Positions 19,293-27,389 of a stretch of 64,000 nucleotides of DNA are shown here, piece after piece (the stretch's first letter is position 1; every line of letters starts with the position of its first letter). Source of the DNA: Candidatus Omnitrophota bacterium (GTDB lineage Bacteria; Omnitrophota; Gorgyraeia; Zapsychrales; JAHFFX01); the NCBI GenBank assembly GCA_023247725.1, contig JAHFFW010000014.1:783-64782 (forward strand), given 5' to 3'. Under the pieces are notes generated by a model that saw only the letters and a program-made list of their open reading frames with translations, did no database searches and was not told the DNA's origin. The translations under genes and the position numbers were made by a program.

Positions 19293-20044
19293 GAACGATG
19301 TTATGGAGAAGCTTTCTGGGGATGAGCGTCGTAATCTTTTTGAACCTCGGCGTCAGCGCCGCGCCGGACGAGATGTCCTTGTTCTTTAAGGCGAATGAGG
19401 CTTATCGCCAAGGAGATTATGCAAAGGCCGCCAGAATTTATGAAAGGATTCTGCAGTCGGGAAAGACGAGTGGAAATTTGTATTATAACTTGGGCAACGG
19501 TTATTTCAAATCCGGCCGGCTCGGGTCGGCCGTCCTCAGTTACGAGCGTGCTCGACGACTCATGGCGCGCGACGCGGATTTAATTGCTAATGAACAATTT
19601 GCGCGTTCTCAGGTTGAAGCCAGTCCGGAACCCAAGGCTTCGTTCTTTAAGATGCGGTTTTTCGATTACTGCGCTTATTTGACAACGGATGAATGGACCA
19701 TCTTTGTTTTCGTTTTGGGTCTGGCGACGGTTATTGCGCATCTTTTATCCTTACAGCAGAATTGGTCGGTGCGCCAGAGCCGGTTCTGGGCGGGCCTCTT
19801 TTTCTTGATCTGGATCAGTCATGCTGGAATTTTGGTGTTCAAGGTCAACCAACAAAAGGATCAGGCCATCATCCTGCAAAAAACCGATGCGTTTTTTGAA
19901 CCGCGGATCAAGGCCACGATTCATTTTTCTTTGTCCGAAGGCACGAAGGTCAAATCCTTAAAAGTCGAACCCCCCTGGGTCAAGATTGAACGATCCGACG
20001 GCAAGATGGGCTGGGTGCAGGCTGACACACTGGAAAAGATTTGA
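19289..20044 (+). CDS. BatE-like TPR + SH3 protein
   Basis: YYNLGNGYFK..YERA TPR, two TMs, C-terminal WVKIERSDGKMGWV. Confidence 0.85.
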   Translation: MRTMLWRSFLGMSVVIFLNLGVSAAPDEMSLFFKANEAYRQGDYAKAARIYERILQSGKTSGNLYYNLGNGYFKSGRLGSAVLSYERARRLMARDADLIANEQFARSQVEASPEPKASFFKMRFFDYCAYLTTDEWTIFVFVLGLATVIAHLLSLQQNWSVRQSRFWAGLFFLIWISHAGILVFKVNQQKDQAIILQKTDAFFEPRIKATIHFSLSEGTKVKSLKVEPPWVKIERSDGKMGWVQADTLEKI

Positions 20045-20195
20045 GATCGATGCCCTTTCACCGCCGGATAACCTGCGGGAGGTGCACCGGCTCATTCGCG
20101 CCGCGGTCAGTAAATAAAACGATGCCCAAAAAGATTTGTAAGGAATACATGTTGGTATTAAAATAAACACATTCTTTTGAAACGTTTTAAAAATT

Positions 20196-23100
20196 ATGGC
20201 CACGACGCGAAACGTTAGCCAAAACGACAAAGGACCAGGCCATCAAGGAGGGTGGCCTTTGTCTTCTTCCCCTCCCTGGCTGGCCAAAATTTTCCCCTTG
20301 ATTTTACAATCAACCGGCCTTGACCTGCGTTACTACAAAACTTCTACCATTCGTCGACTGGTCCTGCGACGGATGACGTCCTTAAAGATCCGGGACCCCA
20401 AAGGGTATATCGCCTATCTCAAGCGAACTCCCGCAAAGATCAATCTTCTCTCGCAGGATGTTTTAATCAAGGTCACGAGTTTCTTCCGGGATCCCGATGT
20501 TTTCAAAGTGCTCTGCCAGAAAGTGATCCCCACCATTTTGAAGAACCGAACAGTCGATCAACCCCTGCGTATCTGGGTGCCGGGCTGTTGTACCGGCGAA
20601 GAGGTCTATTCGATTGCCATCAGTGCGATCGAATGCCTGGAGGCAAAGGCCCTTAATGTGGGCTTGCAAATCTTTGGAACGGATGTCAGCGATCTGACGC
20701 TGGAAAAAGCCCGCGCGGGTCTTTATCCAGAAAGAATTAAGCAAGCGGTTTCGCGGGAGCGCCTGGATCGTTTCTTCACCAAAGTCGACGGGAATTACCA
20801 AATCAATAAGCATATCCGCGGGCTTTGCACCTTCGCCAGGCAAAACCTCATCGAAGATCCGCCTTTTTCCCGGCAGGACTTGATCAGCTGCCGCAATGTC
20901 CTCATTTATCTCGGAATGGATCTTCAAAATAAAATTTTTCCTCGTCTGCACTATGCGCTCAATCCTTTGGGGTTTCTCCTTTTGGGAAAATCCGAATCCA
21001 TTGGTTCCTTTTTTCCGGAACTTTTTTCTCCCATTGACAAACGGCACAACATTTATGCCAGAAAATATTCGTCGCTCAAACCGACCTTCGATTTTCGTCA
21101 TCCCACCTATGAAGTGAAAATGCCGACGGCAGAGACGGCCCGGCCGCGGATTTTGGAACCCCACGAAAACGATCTGCAGCGGGAACTTGACCGGATCATT
21201 GTCTACCGTTACAGCCCGGCGGCGGTTTTGATCAACGATTCTTGGGAGGTGATTCAAACCCGCGGAGATCTAACCCCCTATTTAAAATTTGCCACGGGAA
21301 AAATGAGCATCAATTTATTGAAGTTGGCGCGCGATGGCCTCCTGATGGAGTTAAGGCTTGCCCTGGAAAAATTAAAAAAGCATCCCCGCGTCATGAGAAA
21401 ACGCACGGTCCCAGTCAAAACCGGACCAAAGACCCTGCGCATTGATTTCGAAATCCTTCCTTTGCTAAAGCCGCATTTGAAGGAGCGCTTCTTTCTGGTT
21501 GTCTTTGGAAGATCCCAATCTAAAGAAAATTCTTCGTCGGAGATAGGGAAATTCATCGCTCGCCCGAAGGCGGTGGATCGAGCGCTCAGCCGGAGTTTGC
21601 GCCAGGAATTGGAAACAACCCGGGCCTATTTGCAATCAGTCCTCGAGGATTATGAGGTGAAGAATCAGGAACTGCGCTCCGCCAATGAAGAAATCCTCTC
21701 CAGCAATGAGGAATTGCAAAGCACCAATGAAGAGTTGGAAACCGCCAAGGAGGAGCTGGAATCAACCAATGAGGAAATCACGACCGTCAATGAGGAGCTG
21801 GAGAGCCGCAACGCGGAGCTCAAAAAAATCATTGAAAAATTGAAGGCCTCCGAAGAGGCTTTACGGGAAAGCCAGGAGAATCTCAGCGCCGTGGTGGAGA
21901 CCGCCCGGGATGCGATCATCTCCGCCGATCAAAAGGGCAATATCATCGCTTGGAATAAAAGTGCGGAAACCCTGTTTGGTTATCCTGCCGCCGAGGTGAT
22001 CGGCTGTCCTTTAACCATCATCATGCCGGAACGCTTTCGTTCGGCTCATGAAGCGGGATTGAAAAGATTTAATGCGTTGGGACGAGGGCAGATCATCGGA
22101 AAAACGCTGGAACTGGCCGGGCTAAAGAACAACGGAACAGAATTTCCTCTCGAGCTTTCGTTGTCCACCTGGAAAACGGCCGAAGATCATTTTTTCACCG
22201 CGATTATTCGCGATATTTCGGATCGGAAAAAGAATGAAGAAGCTCTTTGCAAGGCCAAAGAGGAATTGGAGATGCGGGTCGAAGAACGCACAGCCGAACT
22301 GGCCAAGACCAATAAGCTCCTGAACGAATTCTTCGACAATGCGGTCGTGGGGCTGAATTGGATCGGCCCCGACGGGATTATCCAAAAGGCCAACAAGTCG
22401 GAACTCGATATGCTGGGATATGAACCCCATGAATATGTCGGACATCATTTGCGGGAATTTCACGTCAATCCAGAAAAGGCGGATGACATTCTGGCGCGGC
22501 TTAAACGCAATGAGATCCTCAATAATCATGAAGTCCGGTTGCGCTGTAAGGATGGCGCGATCAAACATGTGCTCATTTCTTCCAATACGCTCTGGGAGGG
22601 CCGGCAATTTGTGCACGCGCGCTGCTTCACCCGGGATATCACCGCGCGAAAATTGGCGGAAGAGGCCTTGAAAAATGCGGTCGTGGATTTGGAACGATCC
22701 AATAAAGAACTGGAACAATTCGCCTATGTGGCATCCCATGATCTGCAGGAACCCTTAAGGATGGTGACCGCCTATACTCAACTTCTGGGAAAACGATACA
22801 AAGGGAAACTCGATCAAGAGGCCGATGAATTTATTCGATTTGCCGTCGATGGCGCCTTTCGGGCGCAGACGCTCATCAAGGATCTTTTGGAATATTCCAA
22901 GGTTCGCTCACCGGACCAAGCCTTGCGCGAGGTAAAATTGGAGAACGTGCTCGACCAAGTCACGGTGAACCTCAAGATCGCGCTCTCTGAAAGCCAGGCC
23001 GCCTTGACGCATGAATCCCTTCCGACCGTGGTCGGCGATGAGGTGCGTCTCACCCAGTTATTCCAAAACCTCATCAATAATGCGATCAAATTCCGCGGTC

Positions 23101-23375
23101 AGAAACCACCCCGGATTCACATCTCGGTTAAAGACCATAAATTCGAATGGCTTTTTGCCGTTAAAGACAGCGGCATTGGCATTGACCCGCAATATCACGA
23201 AAAAATCTTTATCATTTTTCAACGCCTGCATACGCGGGCGGAATTCCCCGGTACCGGCATTGGTTTGGCCATTTGCAAAAAGATTGTGGAAGCGCACGCA
23301 GGCCGCATTTGGGTCCATTCCTCGCCGGACAAGGGCGCAACTTTTTATTTCACCATTCCCAAAAGCCCCCCTTAA
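20196..23375 (+). CDS. CheR methyltransferase-coiled coil-PAS-PAS-histidine kinase (no CheB domain)
   Basis: IWVPGCCTGEEVYS, DLISCRNVLIY, SNEELQSTNEELET, two PAS domains, YVASHDLQEPLR, GTGIGLAICKKIV. Confidence 0.9.
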   Translation: MATTRNVSQNDKGPGHQGGWPLSSSPPWLAKIFPLILQSTGLDLRYYKTSTIRRLVLRRMTSLKIRDPKGYIAYLKRTPAKINLLSQDVLIKVTSFFRDPDVFKVLCQKVIPTILKNRTVDQPLRIWVPGCCTGEEVYSIAISAIECLEAKALNVGLQIFGTDVSDLTLEKARAGLYPERIKQAVSRERLDRFFTKVDGNYQINKHIRGLCTFARQNLIEDPPFSRQDLISCRNVLIYLGMDLQNKIFPRLHYALNPLGFLLLGKSESIGSFFPELFSPIDKRHNIYARKYSSLKPTFDFRHPTYEVKMPTAETARPRILEPHENDLQRELDRIIVYRYSPAAVLINDSWEVIQTRGDLTPYLKFATGKMSINLLKLARDGLLMELRLALEKLKKHPRVMRKRTVPVKTGPKTLRIDFEILPLLKPHLKERFFLVVFGRSQSKENSSSEIGKFIARPKAVDRALSRSLRQELETTRAYLQSVLEDYEVKNQELRSANEEILSSNEELQSTNEELETAKEELESTNEEITTVNEELESRNAELKKIIEKLKASEEALRESQENLSAVVETARDAIISADQKGNIIAWNKSAETLFGYPAAEVIGCPLTIIMPERFRSAHEAGLKRFNALGRGQIIGKTLELAGLKNNGTEFPLELSLSTWKTAEDHFFTAIIRDISDRKKNEEALCKAKEELEMRVEERTAELAKTNKLLNEFFDNAVVGLNWIGPDGIIQKANKSELDMLGYEPHEYVGHHLREFHVNPEKADDILARLKRNEILNNHEVRLRCKDGAIKHVLISSNTLWEGRQFVHARCFTRDITARKLAEEALKNAVVDLERSNKELEQFAYVASHDLQEPLRMVTAYTQLLGKRYKGKLDQEADEFIRFAVDGAFRAQTLIKDLLEYSKVRSPDQALREVKLENVLDQVTVNLKIALSESQAALTHESLPTVVGDEVRLTQLFQNLINNAIKFRGQKPPRIHISVKDHKFEWLFAVKDSGIGIDPQYHEKIFIIFQRLHTRAEFPGTGIGLAICKKIVEAHAGRIWVHSSPDKGATFYFTIPKSPP

Positions 23376-23381
23376 AAAATA

Positions 23382-23483
23382 GATAACGTGCCAGTATCCA
23401 TCAATGGTGTTGTGTATTTCCAAGTGGTCGATGCTCAAACAGCCGTCATTAAAATCCAGAATTATTTATACGGAAGTCAGTAA
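23382..23483 (+). pseudogene. Internal fragment of an SPFH/stomatin (slipin) gene
   Basis: Translates DNVPVSINGVVYFQVVDAQTAVIKIQNYLYGSQ*, the band-7 DNV.V.i..vvyf.V.D pattern; no start. Confidence 0.7.
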
Positions 23484-23577
23484 AATATTGGAAGTGGATG
23501 TTGCTGAAAATAGGATTAATCTAAAGCAAGAACAACAAAGACTGTCCAGCTAGCTCTAAGCATGTATAATACCAAAT

Positions 23578-24369
23578 ATGACAAAAGAACCTGTTTCAGT
23601 TGACTTTTCAAACACCCATAATTTTTCGTCTCTTGCTAATGCTCCCATCGTCGAGTCTGTTATTGACATCCGCATCGCTTCCGACATCAAATGGGACGGG
23701 ACTGCTTTAAAGCAGGATTTACAGAACCGGCTTAAAGATTATCCCAAAATTGAGGAATTGAGAGAATTCCGATATCACATCTCCCCCATGCCCAACCCTG
23801 ATCAGGAAGCTAAACCCAAGACCGAGGACATGGGATGCGTAGGTCTAAAGTTGCACTCCATGAATCACCTTCACATTGTTCAATTCAATCAAGGCGCATT
23901 TGTTTTCAGTCGTTTAAAACCCTATGAGGACTGGAGTCAATTTACCGGCGAGGGATTGCGTTTGTGGAAAATATATCGAGAGATCTTTCGGCCGGTTGCG
24001 GTCCAGCGGCTTGGCGTGCGGTTTATCAATAGGATCCCGCTTCAGGCTGATTATGCCGGTCTCGAAGATTATTATAATAATCCCCCTAAAGAGCTTGCTG
24101 GATTAAATTGGCCGCAGGCAGGTTTTCTGACACATGATTTATTTCAAGTCCCAGGCACGGATTATGCGGTCAATATCATCAAGACCCGGGTGCCTCCCAA
24201 TGCCGCGGATAATGAACAAGGAGTGGTCTTGGATATCGATGTGTATTTTCAAACCCCATTTAATTATACCGACGAGGAATTGAATGCGCATTTGACCAAA
24301 ATGCGCTGGATCAAGAACAAGGTCTTTTTTAGTTGTCTAACCCCTGAATTAATTGCGAGATTAAGATAA
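23578..24369 (+). CDS. TIGR04255-family protein (function unknown)
   Basis: LANAPIVESVIDIR, SRLKPYEDW, RLGVRFINRI, LDIDV, KNKVFF signature pattern. Confidence 0.8.
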   Translation: MTKEPVSVDFSNTHNFSSLANAPIVESVIDIRIASDIKWDGTALKQDLQNRLKDYPKIEELREFRYHISPMPNPDQEAKPKTEDMGCVGLKLHSMNHLHIVQFNQGAFVFSRLKPYEDWSQFTGEGLRLWKIYREIFRPVAVQRLGVRFINRIPLQADYAGLEDYYNNPPKELAGLNWPQAGFLTHDLFQVPGTDYAVNIIKTRVPPNAADNEQGVVLDIDVYFQTPFNYTDEELNAHLTKMRWIKNKVFFSCLTPELIARLR

Positions 24370-24845
24370 TGCCGCCATTGCTATTGCCTATGTCATTATC
24401 AGGAGCTACCAGCCCAGTTGCTGCTTACGTGGAAGAAATCCAAAAAGACAGCCGGCAACAGCTGGAAAATTCTGAGATATTTGGGATGAGAGGCGTTTTG
24501 GAACAACTGGACGCGGTTTATGAAGATTGTGTCTTGCCTGGCTGGGATGGAAATGGGGCTAAGGCGATTTCTCATGATGTTTTACGTAATGCCCGATTTT
24601 TTCTTGAATCACTGCCGTTTGGCATGGAATTGCCTCAAATCGGCGCAGAGCCGGACGGTGCTATTACTTTTGAGTGGTATCGCTCTCCCAAGAGGACATT
24701 GTCTGTGAGCATCAATCCTGATGGTTATGTGTATTATGCCTCTTTAATAGGCGCCAGCCGCCGGCATGGCGTTGATCCGGTTCAAGGAGGCATTTCCAAA
24801 GATTTGATCGCGGTTATTCATCAAGTGTTGGGAATAAGGATATAA
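24369..24845 (+). CDS. Hypothetical protein (GWDG..A..I motif)
   Basis: TAATG coupling to TIGR04255 gene; PGWDGNGAKAIS...EPDGAITFEW. Confidence 0.75.
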   Translation: MPPLLLPMSLSGATSPVAAYVEEIQKDSRQQLENSEIFGMRGVLEQLDAVYEDCVLPGWDGNGAKAISHDVLRNARFFLESLPFGMELPQIGAEPDGAITFEWYRSPKRTLSVSINPDGYVYYASLIGASRRHGVDPVQGGISKDLIAVIHQVLGIRI

Positions 24846-24848
24846 AGA

Positions 24849-25244
24849 ATGCCGAGCGCTGTCTTAGTTAGTGAATGGTTGGCGCGGTTTATTTTGTTTG
24901 GCCGTTGGGTCCGTGCCGACGGCACCGTCAGACAAGATGCATTTATTCCGGATGAGCGATTAGAATTGTCTGTTACCCGTTGTTCCGGTGTTTTAGATAC
25001 CGAAATTTGGAACATTGGAGAAGGCGTTGCCCGGGAAAGCGGCCGTAATCTTCATGGAAGGGCTGACGTTGGGGTTGCGGTGGTGAAATCGAACAATCTT
25101 GATGTGAGGACAACTCCACAAGAAGGGAATCCCTATCACGCTGATGTGGTCAATTGGCCGGCACGTAAGGATGAGCAAAAAATGGCGGCCATGGCCCTAG
25201 CAGCGGCGGCCCAGTTTCGTCCTCCCCGCGTAAATTCCCTATAA
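24849..25244 (+). CDS. Hypothetical protein, possible toxin-like enzyme
   Basis: 3-nt gap after previous gene; LARF..AF..ELSV..GRA..NPYHADV pattern. Confidence 0.7.
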   Translation: MPSAVLVSEWLARFILFGRWVRADGTVRQDAFIPDERLELSVTRCSGVLDTEIWNIGEGVARESGRNLHGRADVGVAVVKSNNLDVRTTPQEGNPYHADVVNWPARKDEQKMAAMALAAAAQFRPPRVNSL

Positions 25245-25379
25245 AAATGTCATCTCCCTTTGCCTAAAACAGCAAAACCGCCGGCAAAGTGAAAGTTCTT
25301 TCACTGAAGCAATTGGAACTATAAAATTTGCCGGCTTTCCCGACGTTATCTCGGATATTAAGAAAAAAATTTAAGACAC

Positions 25380-27389
25380 TTGCACAAAGGGATCATTCTC
25401 TTAACCTTGGCCGTTTTGGGTAGCGTGGTTTTTAGTAATACCCTTCATCACCGATTTATCATTGACGATGCCTATCTTTTATTTCATGAGCCCGCGCTTG
25501 CATCGACGAAATTCGCCTTCTATCAGCTGATTCCCCAATACAAATCAGTTTTCGCTATGGACGACCAGGAGCCGGAGGTTTTTTATCGTCCGGGCGCAAA
25601 GTTGTTTCCCATGTTTTGTCACCAATTGTTTGACGAACATCCCGCACCGTATCATATCCTGAATATTTTGCTTTGGGTCACCGCCGCGTGGCTCGTGTAT
25701 CTTTGGGTCCGATTACTTTTTCCTGAAAGGGTGGCGGGCGTCGCGAGCCTGCTCTTGTTGATCCATCCGATCAACGGGATCGTGGTGAATTACAAATCCG
25801 CCGCCGTGTATTCGCTGGTTTTGATTTTTCTCAATGGCTCGATCCTGACTTATCTGCGCTGGCAAAAGGAAAGCCGCGGGAAGATATTTTGGCTGGCCGC
25901 GAGTCTGTTGTTATTTGCCATCGCCCCATTTTTCCATGAAATGGCCCTGTCCTTGCCGCTTTTTCTTTTTCTCATCGAGCGGGTTCGTCAATCCTCTCCG
26001 ATTCTGACCTCTTTGGGGAATCTGCGTTATCACGGTTTTTTATTTCTCCTCTTTTTGATTTTGCATCCCACGATGGGACACCTCTATTCGGCATTTGCTT
26101 CCGGAATAAGTCCTGGATCTGGTTTGATTTCTCTTTTTGCTCAAGGGCCGGCGATTCTTTGGTATCTAAAGAAGTTGGTAATACCGACGGGAATTGTCTT
26201 TCTCTGGAGCCTGCCGGTTCATCTGGCTTCGGCCGCCTGGGCGTGGGTGGCATTCGGACTTTTATGGTTGAGTTGGGTTGTGGCCTCGCGCTCTCGCGGG
26301 TGGGGAAGGGAATTGAATTTTTCCATTCTGTGGCTGCTGGTCGGTTTTTTGCCGACGTTCATCGCCAAGGGTTTGCATGACCCTAAGCGTATGGTTTTCG
26401 AACCTCACTGGATGATGGTCTCTTCCATTGGATTTTTCTTATTCATTGCGTTACTGTTGGAACGTTTATGGCAGAGAAATTTGCAGAGGGCGGCTTTTTC
26501 CATCACGATCGTTCTCATGGCGGCCTGGGGTTGGGAATCTTTTGAGATGAACAAGCTCTGGTCGAGCCAAACGGTTTATTGCCAATACTGGCTCAACCAG
26601 ACTCCGGATAATCCTTCCCTATATATGTTGCTCGCCAGCGGATATCAAGGGGAAAAAGAGTATGAAAAAGCAAGGATGTATTATCGAAAGTGTTTGAAGC
26701 TGGGGGTAGAACCAGCCAAGGCATATGACGATCTGGGGATCATGGCCTTGGATGAAAGAAAATATAAGGAAGCGGAGGATTATTTTCAATTGGCGTTGGC
26801 AGTGAATCCGAAACAGTCGATATTCTGGAACAATTTAGGGTCGGTGTATTTGGAGACAAGGCGTTTTGAGGAAGCGAAGACGGCCTTTGAGCGGGCGATT
26901 GAGTTAAATCCCTTGTATTATCTTCCCCGGGCGAATCTGGGGCAGGTGTATCATCAGGAAGGAAAACTCCCAGAAGCTTTAACTTTTTATGACGAGTATC
27001 TGGAGATCACTCCTCGAGATCAGCATATTGTGTTGTTGGCGATGACGGCGGCATTGAAATTGCAGGAGGCGACCCAAGTCAAGAAGCTGGTCCTTCACGC
27101 CAGACGCTGGGTGGATGATCCCGATGGACTGGCGCAGCTGGGGAGTGTGTTGGCTTCGCACGCAGACCCTCCGGATGCCTTTGCTCTTTACGAGAAGGCC
27201 TTAAAGCTTAACCCTAAATTTATTCCGGCCTATGTGGAAATGGGAAAGCTGCTGGCGAATAACGGCGATCTGGATGGGGCCTTGCGGGTCTGGCGTGTGG
27301 CGGAGCGCAATGCGGTCAATAACGAAGAATTGGTTCATCTGATTCAGCAAGCGACCCAATTAAGAGAAGAGTTCCATGCGAATCCCTAA
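25380..27389 (+). CDS. TMTC-like membrane glycosyltransferase (GT-C) with C-terminal TPRs, paralog 1
   Basis: FIIDD after TM1, FYRP, HP motif, about 11 TMs, TPR array. Confidence 0.75.
   Translation: MHKGIILLTLAVLGSVVFSNTLHHRFIIDDAYLLFHEPALASTKFAFYQLIPQYKSVFAMDDQEPEVFYRPGAKLFPMFCHQLFDEHPAPYHILNILLWVTAAWLVYLWVRLLFPERVAGVASLLLLIHPINGIVVNYKSAAVYSLVLIFLNGSILTYLRWQKESRGKIFWLAASLLLFAIAPFFHEMALSLPLFLFLIERVRQSSPILTSLGNLRYHGFLFLLFLILHPTMGHLYSAFASGISPGSGLISLFAQGPAILWYLKKLVIPTGIVFLWSLPVHLASAAWAWVAFGLLWLSWVVASRSRGWGRELNFSILWLLVGFLPTFIAKGLHDPKRMVFEPHWMMVSSIGFFLFIALLLERLWQRNLQRAAFSITIVLMAAWGWESFEMNKLWSSQTVYCQYWLNQTPDNPSLYMLLASGYQGEKEYEKARMYYRKCLKLGVEPAKAYDDLGIMALDERKYKEAEDYFQLALAVNPKQSIFWNNLGSVYLETRRFEEAKTAFERAIELNPLYYLPRANLGQVYHQEGKLPEALTFYDEYLEITPRDQHIVLLAMTAALKLQEATQVKKLVLHARRWVDDPDGLAQLGSVLASHADPPDAFALYEKALKLNPKFIPAYVEMGKLLANNGDLDGALRVWRVAERNAVNNEELVHLIQQATQLREEFHANP
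26731..27052 (+). repeat. 322-bp exact direct repeat, copy 1 (TPR coding)
   Basis: Identical by eye to 28751-29072 (offset 2020). Confidence 0.9.

Noticed and set aside
20039-20116. Short coding-like stretch FEIDALSPPDNLREVHRLIRAAVSK after batE
   Set aside because: No start or recognisable family; cannot be supported beyond a possible remnant.
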